Counted from the first letter of the stretch, positions 34,715 to 47,525 are shown. The stretch is 64,000 nt of DNA from an uncultured Aggregatibacter sp. (GCF_901873365.1 NZ_CABFLM010000115.1:526-64525); one strand, 5' to 3'. Numbers and translations: made by a program. The notes: generated by a model from the letters alone, not told the origin.

Positions 34715-36502
34715 AAGACCGTTTTGTGCGAGTAATTCGGCATGGGTACCTTGCTCTACGATTTGTCCGTGATCCAACACAATCAGACGATCCATCGCGG
34801 CAATCGTAGATAAACGGTGCGCGATGGCGATGACCGTTTTATTTTCCATCATTTTATCCAAACTTTCTTGGATTGCCGCTTCCACTTCGGAATCCAGCGC
34901 ACTGGTGGCTTCGTCCAATAACAAAATCGGCGCATCTTTTAGCATCACGCGGGCAATGGCGATACGTTGACGTTGCCCACCGGAGAGTTTCACGCCACGC
35001 TCACCAACGTGCGCATCATAACCTTTGCGTCCCTGCGCATCGCTTAAAAACGGAATAAAATCCGCCGCTTCTGCACGCGCCGCCGCATCAAACATTTCCT
35101 GCTCGGTGGCACTTGGTCTGCCGTACACGATGTTATCACGCACGGAACGGTGCAATAACGACGTATCTTGCGTCACTAAGCCAATTTGACTACGCAGGCT
35201 TTCTTGGCTGACATCTAACACGTTTTGTCCATCAATGGTAATGGAGCCATGCTGGGCCTCATAGAAACGTAATAATAAATTCACAATGGTAGATTTACCC
35301 GCGCCGGAACGCCCGATTAAGCCCACTTTTTCACCCGGTTTAATGGTTAAATTAAAATGGCTCAATAAAGGTTTTGCCGGATCATAGGCAAAGCTCAGGT
35401 CATTGAATTTAATCTCACCCTGCGTCACTTTTAATGGCAGGCAATTCGGCTTATCCAAAATAGTCTGCGGCTTAGTCAGCGTATTCATACCGTCATTTAC
35501 CGTACCGATATTTTCAAACAAGCGTGCCGATTCCCACATAATCCAACGGGACAAGCCATGAACACGCAACGCCATTGCGGTGGACGTGGCAATGGCGCCG
35601 ACACCGACCAGCCCTTGTTGCCATAGTAGTACACCAATGATCGCGGTACTTAGAATCAGCACGACATTATTGATGTAAGTTAAGCTATCTAACGATGTCG
35701 CCAAACGCATTTGGGCGTGCACCGTGACCATAAATTCTTCCATAGAACGTTTAGCATAACTTGCTTCTCGATCACCATGGGAAAAGAGTTTCACCGTAGC
35801 AATATTGGAATAGGCATCGGTGATTCGTCCTGTCATTAATGAACGGGCATCTGCCTGACGTTCAGCAGTTTTGGCAAGACGGGGAATTAACAAACGCAAA
35901 ATGGTGATAAACAGCACAATCCAAACGAAGAAAGGCACAAGGAACCAACTATCTAATGAGGCCAACACCAAGCCTGAGGTCACAAAATACACCACCACAT
36001 AAACCAACATATCGGCGATGGTCAGCACCGTATCGCGCACCGCTAAAGCTGTCTGCATAACTTTGGCAGACACCCGTCCGGCAAATTCGTCTTGGTAAAA
36101 ACTTAAACTTTGTCCCAACATCAGGCGATGGAAATTCCAGCGCAAACGCATCGGGAACACGCCTTGTAAGGTTTGTAAACGCACTGCAGAGGCTAAAAAT
36201 AACCACATAATGCTAAAGACCAACAAGCCGCCCATCCCCATGAGTAAATGGCCTTTTTCCTGCCATAAGGTTGCTGGGGTATAAGCCCCCAACCAATCCA
36301 CCAATAAGCCCATAAATTGGAACAACATGGCTTCCATCACGCCGTTTCCGATCGTCAGCACCGCTAACAGCAAAATCCAACCTTTCATTCCTTCGATGCT
36401 CGACCAAATAAAGCGGAACAACCCTTTATCCGGTGTTTTCGGCGCTTGGTCGGGATAGGGATTCAAGCGATGCTCAAACCAACTAAAAATTTTATTTAAC
36501 AT
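34658..36502 (-). CDS. ABC exporter, fused permease/ATPase (MdlB/MsbA-like; start taken at MLNKIF)
   Basis: N-terminal TM domain; [22 protein letters not shown] and LLDEATSALD; AGAGGA RBS. Confidence 0.92.
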   Translation of the reverse strand: MLNKIFSWFEHRLNPYPDQAPKTPDKGLFRFIWSSIEGMKGWILLLAVLTIGNGVMEAMLFQFMGLLVDWLGAYTPATLWQEKGHLLMGMGGLLVFSIMWLFLASAVRLQTLQGVFPMRLRWNFHRLMLGQSLSFYQDEFAGRVSAKVMQTALAVRDTVLTIADMLVYVVVYFVTSGLVLASLDSWFLVPFFVWIVLFITILRLLIPRLAKTAERQADARSLMTGRITDAYSNIATVKLFSHGDREASYAKRSMEEFMVTVHAQMRLATSLDSLTYINNVVLILSTAIIGVLLWQQGLVGVGAIATSTAMALRVHGLSRWIMWESARLFENIGTVNDGMNTLTKPQTILDKPNCLPLKVTQGEIKFNDLSFAYDPAKPLLSHFNLTIKPGEKVGLIGRSGAGKSTIVNLLLRFYEAQHGSITIDGQNVLDVSQESLRSQIGLVTQDTSLLHRSVRDNIVYGRPSATEQEMFDAAARAEAADFIPFLSDAQGRKGYDAHVGERGVKLSGGQRQRIAIARVMLKDAPILLLDEATSALDSEVEAAIQESLDKMMENKTVIAIAHRLSTIAAMDRLIVLDHGQIVEQGTHAELLAQNGLYAKLWQHQSGGFLSGHTD

Positions 36503-36581
36503 GTCCTCTTTCCTTAAAAATAAAAGGCAACCACGCTGTTGCCTCAATAGAATACATTATAGCGTAAAATGCCAATATCAC

Positions 36582-37490
36582 CTAAACCTGTTCGGCCTTT
36601 CGATATTGACTTGGGGTCATGCCATACAGTGCTTTAAAGGCTTTGCTAAAATGCGCTTCCGATTGATAGCCCACCTCTAATGCCACCGACAAAATATTTT
36701 TTTGTGTTTTATTTAACAATAACGCTGCTTCTTGCAAACGCAGTTGCGTTAAGAATTTGCCTGGTGCCATACCGATTTTTTGCTGAAATACCCGTATGAA
36801 ATTCGCCCGTGACATCGCAGCCAACGCTGCCAAAGCATCCATATTCCACGCCTGTTGCGGCGCATTAAATAACTGCTCTAATACCTTGCCTAAGCGCTTG
36901 TCTTGTAACCCGGCAAATAATCCGCAATGAAGCAGATTGGCTTGTAGTCCGTGGCGTAAAATATAAATAAATAACACAGTAACTAAGGCATCCATCAGCG
37001 ATTTTGCACCGCTTTGATGATTATCCGCCTCCTGTTGCATTAAGCGAATCAGCGGCTGCACCGGGGTGTCATTAAGCGATAAATGCAAATATTCCGGCAA
37101 CGAATCAATAAGCAGGGAGGGTTTGCTGTAATAAAACAAACCGCAGAACATTTTCAAATCTGCCGAATTCTGCCCAATGCTATACACTTTAAACAACGTA
37201 GAGCGGTTATCTTGGGCATGGGGCACATTATTTTCCGACAAATTCTGTGCCTGTCCGGCAATTAAGTGCGGTCGATTTTGCGGGAGAAAAAAGATATCGC
37301 CCGCTTGCAAATGAATTTGTTTTTTATCTAGCGTGAGCCAACATTCGCCCTGCTCAATCAAGTGAAATGCACCCACATATTGATTTTCGGCGATATTCGG
37401 TTGAATTTGCCACTGCCCTTGAAACAGGCAGCGAATATTCACTTCACCGCTCACCTGTGCCAGCTGAATAAGTTTATCTAAACAGTCCAT
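36582..37490 (-). CDS. Cupin-AraC transcriptional regulator (RclR/RcsR-like)
   Basis: N-terminal cupin (FHLIEQGECW, MFCG); C-terminal HTH VGYQSEAHFSKAFK; Cys at position 21. Confidence 0.88.
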   Translation of the reverse strand: MDCLDKLIQLAQVSGEVNIRCLFQGQWQIQPNIAENQYVGAFHLIEQGECWLTLDKKQIHLQAGDIFFLPQNRPHLIAGQAQNLSENNVPHAQDNRSTLFKVYSIGQNSADLKMFCGLFYYSKPSLLIDSLPEYLHLSLNDTPVQPLIRLMQQEADNHQSGAKSLMDALVTVLFIYILRHGLQANLLHCGLFAGLQDKRLGKVLEQLFNAPQQAWNMDALAALAAMSRANFIRVFQQKIGMAPGKFLTQLRLQEAALLLNKTQKNILSVALEVGYQSEAHFSKAFKALYGMTPSQYRKAEQV

Positions 37491-37603
37491 AATGAGATTT
37501 TACGCATAAAAGTTAAGACGAATGAACAAGTATGATAGACGAATTTGCCTATAATTTGTTGCGAAATTTAAATGGATTCCAACCCAACTTAAGGAGAAAA
37601 ATC

Positions 37604-37945
37604 ATGTTTGCAGATTGGAAAAATGATGTTGCCCACGTAAAAAAATCATTCGGCGAATTAGGTAAAAAACATCCGAAAATGTTACAAGCCTACGGTGCAC
37701 TAGGCGCAGCCGCAGCAGAAGGCAATGTTTTAGATGTGAAAACCCGTGAATTAATCGCCCTTGCCGTAGCTGTGACCACCCGTTGCGAAAGCTGTATCGG
37801 TGTACACGCTGCCGAAGCGGTAAAAGCCGGTGCAACTGAAGAAGAAGTGGCTGCCGCATTAGCGATGTCTATCGCATTAAATGCAGGTGCAGCTTACACC
37901 TATTCTTTACGCGCATTAGAAGCTTATAATACGCAAAAAGACTAA
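37604..37945 (+). CDS. AhpD/carboxymuconolactone decarboxylase-family protein (start taken at MFADWK)
   Basis: ELIALAVAVTTRCESCIGVH (CxxC-xxx-H); AAGGAG RBS. Confidence 0.92.
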   Translation: MFADWKNDVAHVKKSFGELGKKHPKMLQAYGALGAAAAEGNVLDVKTRELIALAVAVTTRCESCIGVHAAEAVKAGATEEEVAAALAMSIALNAGAAYTYSLRALEAYNTQKD

Positions 37946-37970
37946 GCATTTATTAGGAACTTTATATGAT

Positions 37971-38003
37971 TGGCACCCTTCCGTTAAGGGTGCCATTTTT
38001 TTT
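37971..38003 (+). terminator. Intrinsic terminator
   Basis: TGGCACCCTT-CCGTT-AAGGGTGCCA followed by a T-run. Confidence 0.8.
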
Positions 38004-38074
38004 AGAGAGCGCTCGTCTGATAAATTGTGTTACAACATCAATTTAAACACGTTCGTTGTTTAATATGATTTGCA

Positions 38075-39541
38075 CTATTTCACTTTCGCCTTAATGGCTT
38101 CTGCAACCAATTCCGCTTCTGTTCCCAAAATGACTTGTAAACCATCATTACCCAGTTTGACGTTGCCTTTAGAGCCGAGCGATTTTAATTGTTCTTCGTT
38201 GATCTTATTGCGATCCACTAAAGTTAAACGTAAACGCGTAATACAAGCGTCAATCGTTTTAAAGTTATCTGCACCGCCTAAAGCGTCGATAAATTTAACC
38301 GCTCTTTCTTCACGAGAGTGATTGTGTTCGCTTGCTTCTTCTTTTGGCTCTTCAGATTCTTCGGTACGACCGATAGTTTTTAAGTTGAAGGCTTGGATAG
38401 CAAAGCGGAAAACAACGTAGTAAATGGTGAAGAAGACTAAGCCTTGTACCAATAACATGTACCAGTCAACGGCTAATGGGTTGCGTGAGGACAACACCAT
38501 ATCCACTAAACCGGCGCTGAAGCCGAAGCCTGCAATCCAGTGCATACTTGCTGCGATAAACACGGAAATACCGGTTAATAGCGCGTGTAATACATAAAGA
38601 ATCGGTGCCACGAACATGAAGGAGAATTCAAGCGGTTCGGTGATACCGGTGAAGAAGGAAGCAAAGGCGCCCGCCAACATGATGGAAGCGACTTTCACTT
38701 TTTGGCTTGGTTTTGCACATTGGTAAATCGCCAATGCCGCACCCGGTAAACCGAACATCATGACCGGGAAGAAACCGGCTTGGTACATACCGGTGACGCC
38801 TACCGTAGCAGTGCCTTCAGCGATGGATTTTGCACCACCTAAGAAGTTAGGAATGTCGTTAATGCCTGCTACGTCAAACCAGAATACCGAGTTTAACGCG
38901 TGGTGTAAGCCAACCGGAATTAATAGACGGTTGAAGAAACCGTAAATACCCGCACCCACAGCGCCTAAATCTTTGATGGATTCACCGAAAGACACTAGTG
39001 CGTTGAAGATGTAAGGCCATACATAAAGCAGAATGAAAGAAAGTGCAATCATGGCGAAAGAGACCACGATTGGGACCAAACGTTTTCCGCTGAAGAAGGA
39101 CAGGGCTTTTGGCAACTCTACTTGATAGAAACGGTTGTAAAGTTCAGCAGAAAGCACACCGATTAAGATCCCGATAAATTGGTTATTGATTTTACCGAAA
39201 GCGGCAGGCACTTGGCTTGGATCGATATGTTGTAATTGGGCTACACCACCCGGTGCGAGTAGGGTGGTCACGACATAGTAACCCACTAAACCGGAAAGAG
39301 CGGCTGAGCCGTGTTTGTCTTTGGATAAACCGAAAGCCACGCCCACGGCAAATAATAAGCCCATGTTGTCGATGATGGCAGCCCCGGATTTGATGAGCAA
39401 GGCTGCAAGTTGGCTATTCGCCCCCCAACCGTCCGGGTCTAGCCAATAACCGATCCCCATTAGTACAGCGGCTGCCGGTAATACGGCAACCGGTACCATT
39501 AAGGCTTGCCCGATTTTTTGGGCATAACTGAGAATACTCAT
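38075..39541 (-). CDS. nagE: PTS N-acetylglucosamine-specific EIICB (start taken at MSILSY)
   Basis: QKIGQALMVPVAVLP, GLHHALN, GITEPLEF and EIIB motif DACITRLR; no EIIA domain. Confidence 0.92.
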   Translation of the reverse strand: MSILSYAQKIGQALMVPVAVLPAAAVLMGIGYWLDPDGWGANSQLAALLIKSGAAIIDNMGLLFAVGVAFGLSKDKHGSAALSGLVGYYVVTTLLAPGGVAQLQHIDPSQVPAAFGKINNQFIGILIGVLSAELYNRFYQVELPKALSFFSGKRLVPIVVSFAMIALSFILLYVWPYIFNALVSFGESIKDLGAVGAGIYGFFNRLLIPVGLHHALNSVFWFDVAGINDIPNFLGGAKSIAEGTATVGVTGMYQAGFFPVMMFGLPGAALAIYQCAKPSQKVKVASIMLAGAFASFFTGITEPLEFSFMFVAPILYVLHALLTGISVFIAASMHWIAGFGFSAGLVDMVLSSRNPLAVDWYMLLVQGLVFFTIYYVVFRFAIQAFNLKTIGRTEESEEPKEEASEHNHSREERAVKFIDALGGADNFKTIDACITRLRLTLVDRNKINEEQLKSLGSKGNVKLGNDGLQVILGTEAELVAEAIKAKVK

Positions 39542-39638
39542 AAGAACTCCTTTAATTTTTTGATTCATAAAATAATTTTTGAGGTCTGCTTAGCATAGCG
39601 CGAGAGGATTTCGCTTTTCAAATGAAAACTTTCGTATT

Positions 39639-39654
39639 TGTGAGAGCTATCACG
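39639..39654. promoter_or_regulatory. CRP site upstream of nagE
   Basis: TGTGA-GAGCTA-TCACG. Confidence 0.7.
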
Positions 39655-39736
39655 AATCTGTTGGCACGATGCTTAACTTAAAAACAAAATAACGGATCAA
39701 GCACGCTTAATCCGTTAATTTGAAACCCAAAGAAGA

Positions 39737-40870
39737 TTATTCTACTTTTAATTGTTTGCCGTCATAGCTTATGCTTTGAACAGAGGTTAACGCTTTGCCA
39801 CCATCGGTTTCACCACCAATGAGCAATACTTTGTTGTCATAAGATACGGCAACACCGTAACCGATGCCTACCGGCAATTCGCCAATGATGTTCCATTTGC
39901 CGTTATTTAACGTATAAATGTCTTTATGCCAGGCTTTGCTTAAGCCTTGGTGAGCGTGAAGTTTTCCTTCTTTAAATTGTTTTACGGAACCCGGGAAGTT
40001 TGCACCACCGGTGACTAAGTAATGACCGTGGCTATAACCCGCCATCGCCCCAGCCAAACCGTCTTGACTTTGATCTTTCGGTGCCGGTAAGTCAGGTAAG
40101 TTTTTCCATTGCACACCTTTGTCGGTAAATTTACCTGAGTGGGTTTCTGCTGTACGCAAGCCCGGTTTGATTTCACCGTTCACGACAATTAAATCATCAC
40201 CTTGAATGGTAAATGCCGCACCGGCACGACCGGAGAAGGGGACGAGACCTTCGTTGCGCCATTTATTGGTAGATGGCTCATAGCTTAACAATTCGGTTGT
40301 GAAGAAATAGTCTTCAGGACGTTGTTCAAAATACGCTTTGGTGATTTCGTCTTTTTTCGCTTTGTCTTCACCGGCTGCAACAATGTCTTGGAAGAAACCG
40401 TTGAAAATAGACAAGTTAGAACCGCCCACGATATACACTTTGTCACCATGTGATGCGCCGGTAGAACCGACTAAACCGCGTGGTGAACGGGTGGGTAATT
40501 TGCTCCAAGTATTATCAGCCGGGTTATAGCTGTAAGCATCGTTGACGAATTGTAATTCGCCTTTTTCATTTTTTTGTAATCCGCCGAATACATATAATTT
40601 GCCGTCAACAGCCGCAGCCACCGGTTGGTTACGGTCACCGCCCGGGAATGCGGCGATTTCTTTCCATTGGGCGTTCGGTTTTTTTAAATCTAACGCATAG
40701 AATTTATCACCGCCTGTACCTAAGCCCACATAAACAGTGTCGCCAATTAACGCACCGGCACCGCTTTTAATACCCACCGGTAAATCCGGATAAGCAGCCG
40801 CTTGCGCTGTCGCAGCAAAAGTGGTTGCAGCAAAGAAGAGTGCAGCTAATGTTGTTTTTTGAAATTTCAT
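39737..40870 (-). CDS. nanM: N-acetylneuraminate epimerase/mutarotase (Kelch repeats)
   Basis: Signal peptide; Kelch GG motifs, [10 protein letters not shown] and GGANFPG; downstream of siaPT. Confidence 0.92.
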   Translation of the reverse strand: MKFQKTTLAALFFAATTFAATAQAAAYPDLPVGIKSGAGALIGDTVYVGLGTGGDKFYALDLKKPNAQWKEIAAFPGGDRNQPVAAAVDGKLYVFGGLQKNEKGELQFVNDAYSYNPADNTWSKLPTRSPRGLVGSTGASHGDKVYIVGGSNLSIFNGFFQDIVAAGEDKAKKDEITKAYFEQRPEDYFFTTELLSYEPSTNKWRNEGLVPFSGRAGAAFTIQGDDLIVVNGEIKPGLRTAETHSGKFTDKGVQWKNLPDLPAPKDQSQDGLAGAMAGYSHGHYLVTGGANFPGSVKQFKEGKLHAHQGLSKAWHKDIYTLNNGKWNIIGELPVGIGYGVAVSYDNKVLLIGGETDGGKALTSVQSISYDGKQLKVE

Positions 40871-40985
40871 AATAAACCTCGTTTGGAGTGATTTGGGCTA
40901 TTCGTCAACGGCAGAATAGGTCTTTTATATGTATAAGAAAGTGCGGTTCAAATTTACTGCGTTTTGCAACCGCACTTTTAGGTTC

Positions 40986-42842
40986 CTAAGGTATTAACAA
41001 ATTCGGAATGAATGTGATGATACTTGGGAAGATGGTGATTAACACCAAGGTCACGAAAATCGGGATTAAGAATGGTAATACGCCTTTCGTTACGGTGGAC
41101 ACGGACATGTTACCCACACGTGCGACCACGAATAATGCCATTCCCATCGGTGGGGTTAAGATACCGATCATCATGTTCAAGGTTGTCATAACACCGAAGA
41201 ACACAAGGTCGATACCGAATTGCATGGCGATTGGAATTAACATTGGCAAGACAAGGAATTGTAATGCTAAGGCATCAATGAACATCCCGAGGAACAATAA
41301 CAAGGCATTGATCATGACTAACACCATTAACGGAGAATCCGCCACGGCAACGAAGACGTCTGCAATACGCATTGCCACTTGTTCACGGGCGATCATGTCG
41401 CCGAAGAAGGTCACCGTCATAATCATTAATGCAACAACACCAGTAATGGACATCGCTTCCACGCAGCTGTTGAACAGCATTTTCAAAGTTAATTCTTTAT
41501 AGACGAATTTACCGATAATGACGGAGTAGGCAGCTGCAACCACCGCAGATTCTGTCGGGCTGAATAAGCCGGAGAAGATCCCGCCGATAATCAATAATGG
41601 GGTTAAAATTGCCCAGAATGCTCTTTTGAATGACGTGCAAAGTTCTTCACGGGTCGCTTTTGGTGTTCTTGGATAACCACGTTTTTTGGAAATGTAGTAG
41701 TTCATTGCCATGAGGGCGATGGTGACTAATACACCCGGTACGAAGCCGGCAATAAAGAGTTTTGCGATGGATTCGTTTGCGATAACACCGTAAATGATCA
41801 TGGCAATACTTGGTGGAACCAATGGACCGATGATACAAGAGGCTGCTGTGATACCGCCGCAGATGTCATCATCATAACCTGCATCGCGCATGGCTTTGAT
41901 TTCTAATTGACCTAAACCACCCGCATCGGCAAGTGCAGAACCGGACATGCCGGAGAACAACAAGCTTGCACCGATGTTAACGTGTCCCATACCACCGGTG
42001 TAGTGACCCAGTAAGGCTTTGGCGAAGTTAAAGATACGTTCGGTGATACCGCCGGTGTTCATTAAAATCCCGGTAAGAATATAGAACGGCACAGCAAGGA
42101 GTGGGAAGCTATTCAAACTCATGGTGAGTTTTTCAGAAGCCGCATTTACCACGTTCCAACGGGTCATGGAGAAGTAAAGTAGGGTAGTGATAAATAATGA
42201 CCAACCTACCGGTACGCCCAAGAACATGATGACTAACCAGAAGAGCAATGCCACATACACGGCATTAGAACCAAATTTAACATATTCGGTTACGCGTAAA
42301 ACTTTGTACCAATCTGGTGCTAAGAACAAAATACCCAATAAAACGACCGCACTTACGATAAAGAAGGTTGCCGGTAAATAGCTTTTGTTTTGTTTGAAGT
42401 TGTCTGCTTGCGCTTGGAAGAAGCGAACGAGCATTAATACGGCAATGATTGGTAAAGAGGCATAAATCCATTTTTCAGAAATACCGCCTAACGCATCAAT
42501 CGGGAAACTGGCACCTAAATAGGTTTTGATACCAAAGTGGATAAAGAAAATCACACCGAGGAAAATCACGATTTGTACGAATGTATTGGTGATTTTTTTG
42601 ACTGCCGGTGGCATTAAGTTAGTCAAGAAGTCGATATAAACGTGCTCTTGTTTTCTGACGGCAACGCTAATGCCGAGCATACCGACATAAACGAACAGCA
42701 ATTTGGCAAGTTCTTCACTCCAAATTAATGGGGAGTGGAAAGCTTGTCTGAATAGAATTTGCAAAACAAGAATGCAGAATATCACGAGGAATAGTGCCCC
42801 ACCGATCCATTCTTCGAGTTTATTAAAGATTTTCATATTCAA
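40986..42842 (-). CDS. siaT: Sialic acid TRAP transporter fused permease SiaQM
   Basis: DctQ part WSEELAK plus DctM part [10 protein letters not shown] and LTPPMG. Confidence 0.93.
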   Translation of the reverse strand: MNMKIFNKLEEWIGGALFLVIFCILVLQILFRQAFHSPLIWSEELAKLLFVYVGMLGISVAVRKQEHVYIDFLTNLMPPAVKKITNTFVQIVIFLGVIFFIHFGIKTYLGASFPIDALGGISEKWIYASLPIIAVLMLVRFFQAQADNFKQNKSYLPATFFIVSAVVLLGILFLAPDWYKVLRVTEYVKFGSNAVYVALLFWLVIMFLGVPVGWSLFITTLLYFSMTRWNVVNAASEKLTMSLNSFPLLAVPFYILTGILMNTGGITERIFNFAKALLGHYTGGMGHVNIGASLLFSGMSGSALADAGGLGQLEIKAMRDAGYDDDICGGITAASCIIGPLVPPSIAMIIYGVIANESIAKLFIAGFVPGVLVTIALMAMNYYISKKRGYPRTPKATREELCTSFKRAFWAILTPLLIIGGIFSGLFSPTESAVVAAAYSVIIGKFVYKELTLKMLFNSCVEAMSITGVVALMIMTVTFFGDMIAREQVAMRIADVFVAVADSPLMVLVMINALLLFLGMFIDALALQFLVLPMLIPIAMQFGIDLVFFGVMTTLNMMIGILTPPMGMALFVVARVGNMSVSTVTKGVLPFLIPIFVTLVLITIFPSIITFIPNLLIP

Positions 42843-42905
42843 CTCCGTTGAATAATAAAGGAGAGAAAAAGCGTGCCTGCCGAAACAGGCACACGAATAA
42901 GCGTA

Positions 42906-43895
<990 letters not shown>

Positions 43896-43996
43896 CTACT
43901 CCTGTAATGATAGTAAGTTAATTGATGTTTTGAAACATAGTTAGATTACAACTCGGTATCCATTCTAAAGTAAAAAAATCATTTTCAAATAGATTA

Positions 43997-44082
43997 TGAA
44001 GTTTTATTTCAGAAATGAGAGGTAGATCACATCATTGGAAAAACACTTCAAAAATATATTTCAAAATGAAGTATTGTTATCA
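43997..44082. promoter_or_regulatory. Divergent siaP/nanE control region with a CRP site and candidate SiaR operators
   Basis: TGAGA-N6-TCACA at 44016-44031; TGAA-N7-TTCA palindrome at 43997-44011 and related half-sites further right. Confidence 0.6.
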
Positions 44083-44141
44083 TATAATGCACGATGACAA
44101 GAATGACTGCCAAATGCAGCCGCAAATTAATAGGAGTTTTT

Positions 44142-44843
44142 ATGTCATTCACTCAGCACAAATTATCCCACCAAGAAGTTTTTGCCAAAATTCAAAATGG
44201 ATTGATTGCGTCCTGCCAACCGGTCGATGATGGCCCGATGGATAAGCCGGAAATTGTTGCCGCGATGGCGCAGGCTTCCGTTATCGGTGGTGCGGCTGGA
44301 CTACGTATTGAAGGCGTGGACAACTTGAAAGCAACGCGTCCAACCGTCAATGTGCCGATTATCGGTATTGTAAAACGCGATTTGCCGGACAGCCCGGTGC
44401 GTATCACGCCGTTTTTACAAGACATTGAAGATTTAGCCCATGCCGGTGCGGATATCATTGCAGTGGATGGCACCCATCGTCCGCGTCCTGTTGATATTGA
44501 AAGTGCGGTCAAAAAAATTCATGAAATGGGCTGTCTTGCCATGGCGGATTGCTCCAATTTAGAAGAAGGGTTGTACTGCCAAAAATTAGGCTTTGATATT
44601 GTGGGTAGCACCATGTCAGGCTACACAGGTGGCGCTGTACCGGAGGAACCGGACTATCAATTAGTGAAAGATTTGAAAGCTGCCGGTTGCAAAGTGATGG
44701 CAGAAGGACGTTACAACACACCGGAACTTGCCAAAACCGCCATTGAGATCGGTGCGGATTTCGTGACCGTAGGTTCCGCATTAACCCGTTTAGAACATAT
44801 CGTTAGCTGGTTCTCCAGTGCGGTTAATTCTGCAAATAAATAA
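44142..44843 (+). CDS. nanE: N-acetylmannosamine-6-phosphate 2-epimerase (start taken at MSFTQH)
   Basis: [24 protein letters not shown] and VGSALTR. Confidence 0.96.
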   Translation: MSFTQHKLSHQEVFAKIQNGLIASCQPVDDGPMDKPEIVAAMAQASVIGGAAGLRIEGVDNLKATRPTVNVPIIGIVKRDLPDSPVRITPFLQDIEDLAHAGADIIAVDGTHRPRPVDIESAVKKIHEMGCLAMADCSNLEEGLYCQKLGFDIVGSTMSGYTGGAVPEEPDYQLVKDLKAAGCKVMAEGRYNTPELAKTAIEIGADFVTVGSALTRLEHIVSWFSSAVNSANK

Positions 44844-44857
44844 TTAAGAGGGGAAAC

Positions 44858-45739
44858 ATGATGCGTTGCTTAGCCTTAGATATCGGCGGAACTAAAATCG
44901 CCTCAGCCATTGTGTCAGGGAACCAAGTGACACAACGTCAACAAATCCACACACCACAAGAAAACGTAGTGGAGGCAATGCATCAAACGCTCGCACAATT
45001 ACTTTCGGATTATGCGGGGCAATTTGATTATGTTGCGGTTGCCTCCACAGGCATCATCAATAAAGGAATATTGACCGCACTTAACCCGAAAAATTTAGGC
45101 GGACTGGCTTATTTCCCATTAAAACAAAGCCTTTCTCAGCATACGTCAACGCCCGTGTATTTATTGAATGATGCGCAGGCAGCGACTTATGCGGAATATC
45201 AACTGCAAGATAAAAATAATCTTCAAAACTTTGCTTTTATTACCGTCTCTACGGGCGTAGGTGGCGGGTTAGTTTTAAACCACCAATTACTCACCGAACC
45301 GAACGGCATTGCCGGTCATATTGGACATACCCTGGCGGATCCCAATGGCCCTGTGTGCGGCTGTGGTCGAGTCGGTTGTGTGGAAGCCATCGCAGCGGGA
45401 CGCGCCATTGAAGCGGTTTCTAAACAATGGGACGATCCTTGCGATCCCAAAGAAGTCTTTGCCCGTTTTAGAAAAATGGATGAAAAAGCCACCGCACTTG
45501 TGTCTCGTTCAGCAAAAGCGATTGCCAATTTAGTGGCGGATTTAGTGATTGGTATGGACGTACAATACGTGGTCATTGGCGGTAGCGTTGGGTTGGCTGA
45601 AGGCTATTTGCCTTTGGTGAAACAATATTTGGCGCAAATGCCGGAAATTTATCGTTGTCCGTTGGATGCGGCTCAATTAGGGCAAGATGCCGGACTTATC
45701 GGCGCGGCTGCATGGGCGCTTACTCAATTACATGGCTAA
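44858..45739 (+). CDS. nanK: N-acetylmannosamine kinase (ROK family)
   Basis: LDIGGTKI, STGVGGG and GHIGH...CGCGRVGCVE. Confidence 0.95.
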   Translation: MMRCLALDIGGTKIASAIVSGNQVTQRQQIHTPQENVVEAMHQTLAQLLSDYAGQFDYVAVASTGIINKGILTALNPKNLGGLAYFPLKQSLSQHTSTPVYLLNDAQAATYAEYQLQDKNNLQNFAFITVSTGVGGGLVLNHQLLTEPNGIAGHIGHTLADPNGPVCGCGRVGCVEAIAAGRAIEAVSKQWDDPCDPKEVFARFRKMDEKATALVSRSAKAIANLVADLVIGMDVQYVVIGGSVGLAEGYLPLVKQYLAQMPEIYRCPLDAAQLGQDAGLIGAAAWALTQLHG

Positions 45740-45760
45740 ATTACATGATTAGGGTTGTTT

Positions 45761-46633
45761 ATGGTGGGAAACGGAAATGTACTTAACTCCCTCAGTTCGC
45801 TTTATCAAAGCCTGACGAAGACGGAGAAAAAAATTGCGGATGTCATTACCCAATCGCCTGATTGTATTATGCAGTATTCCTTGGCGCAGCTTGCCGAGCG
45901 TTTAGATGTCGGAGAGGCGACACTTGTGCGTTTCTGCCGTACACTGGGGTTTAAAGGATTTAGTGATTTTAAGTTGGCGTTTTCGATTGAGCTGGCGAAA
46001 ACACGGGAAGGTCGAGATGATACGGTGCTAGAAACGGAGATCTTGCCTAACGATGATTCACAAACGATTGCACATAAATTGCAGTCAGCCATTAATTCAG
46101 TGATGAACGAAACGATTAATTTGTTGGATTTTCATCAGTTAGAAGTGGTTGTAAACGCCATTCGAGGTGCGAACAGAGTTTTTCTCTTTGGGGTTGGATC
46201 CTCCGGCGTAACGGCAGAAGAAGCCAAGAACAAATTCATGCGGATTGGCATTCAAGTGGATGCGAGCGGCAACAACCATTTTATGTATATGCAGGTGGCG
46301 TTATTACAACGCAATGATGTGGCGATTGGCATCAGTCACTCCGGCTATTCGCAAGAAACGGCGCATGCATTAAAAATTGCCAAGGAAAACGGCGCAACAA
46401 CGGTAGCATTGACCCATAGTATGCGTTCCCCGTTAACCGAATATGCGGATTTTGTGTTGGTCAATGGTAATAAACAAGGGAAACTGCAAGGGGATTCCAT
46501 TGGTACCAAAACGGCGCAATTATTCGTTCTAGATTTAATTTATGCTTTGCTGGTTCAAGCGGAGCATGAAAAAGCGATTAAGATAAAAGAGAAAACTCTT
46601 AATGTCATTTTAGAACAACGTATTAAATACTAA
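45761..46633 (+). CDS. siaR: RpiR-family sialic acid regulator (start uncertain, 45755 or 45761)
   Basis: [18 protein letters not shown] plus SIS domain GISHSG; sits inside the nan operon. Confidence 0.9.
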   Translation: MVGNGNVLNSLSSLYQSLTKTEKKIADVITQSPDCIMQYSLAQLAERLDVGEATLVRFCRTLGFKGFSDFKLAFSIELAKTREGRDDTVLETEILPNDDSQTIAHKLQSAINSVMNETINLLDFHQLEVVVNAIRGANRVFLFGVGSSGVTAEEAKNKFMRIGIQVDASGNNHFMYMQVALLQRNDVAIGISHSGYSQETAHALKIAKENGATTVALTHSMRSPLTEYADFVLVNGNKQGKLQGDSIGTKTAQLFVLDLIYALLVQAEHEKAIKIKEKTLNVILEQRIKY

Positions 46634-46646
46634 ACAGGAGAAAACA

Positions 46647-47525
46647 ATGCGTGATTTAAAAGGTATTTTCAGTGCGTTATTAGTGTCATTTAACGAAGAT
46701 GGCTCTATTAATGAAAAAGGCTTACGCCAAATTATTCGCCACAATATCGACAAAATGAAAGTCAATGGTTTGTATGTCGGCGGATCTACCGGTGAAAACT
46801 TCATGCTTTCTACCGAAGAGAAAAAACAAATCTTCCGTATTGCAAAAGATGAAGCGAAAGACCAAGTGGCGTTAATCGCACAAGTGGGTAGCGTGAATTT
46901 ACACGAAGCGGTGGAATTAGGTAAATATGCTACTGAATTAGGCTATGACTGCCTTTCTGCGGTAACACCGTTCTACTACAAATTCAGCTTCCCTGAAATC
47001 AAACACTACTATGACACCATTATTGCGGAAACCGGTAACAACATGATCGTTTACTCCATTCCGTTCTTAACCGGCGTAAACATGGGCGTAGAGCAATTCG
47101 GTGAACTTTACAAAAACCCGAAAGTGCTTGGTGTGAAATTTACCGCAGGTGACTTCTACTTATTAGAACGTTTACAAAAAGCCTATCCAAACCACTTAAT
47201 TTGGGCCGGCTTCGATGAAATGATGTTGCCGGCGGTGGCTTTAGGGGTGGATGGTGCTATCGGTAGTACATTCAACGTAAACGGTGTTCGTGCAAGACAA
47301 ATTTTTGACTTGACCAAACAAGGCAAACTGGCTGAAGCGCGTGAAATTCAACATGTGACCAACGATTTAATCGAAGGTATCTTAGCGAATGGTTTATATT
47401 TAACCATCAAAGAATTGTTGAAATTGGAAGGTGTGGATGCCGGCTATTGTCGTGAACCCATGACGGCAAAAGCGACCGAAGCACAATTAGCCAAAGCAAA
47501 AGAATTAAAAGCGAAATATCTTTAA
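46647..47525 (+). CDS. nanA: N-acetylneuraminate lyase
   Basis: [13 protein letters not shown] and GAIGSTFN. Confidence 0.97.
   Translation: MRDLKGIFSALLVSFNEDGSINEKGLRQIIRHNIDKMKVNGLYVGGSTGENFMLSTEEKKQIFRIAKDEAKDQVALIAQVGSVNLHEAVELGKYATELGYDCLSAVTPFYYKFSFPEIKHYYDTIIAETGNNMIVYSIPFLTGVNMGVEQFGELYKNPKVLGVKFTAGDFYLLERLQKAYPNHLIWAGFDEMMLPAVALGVDGAIGSTFNVNGVRARQIFDLTKQGKLAEAREIQHVTNDLIEGILANGLYLTIKELLKLEGVDAGYCREPMTAKATEAQLAKAKELKAKYL

Noticed and set aside
41008..41502. 164-aa plus-strand ORF, and similar shadow ORFs across the window
   Set aside because: Antisense to well-supported genes, with no motifs or RBS.
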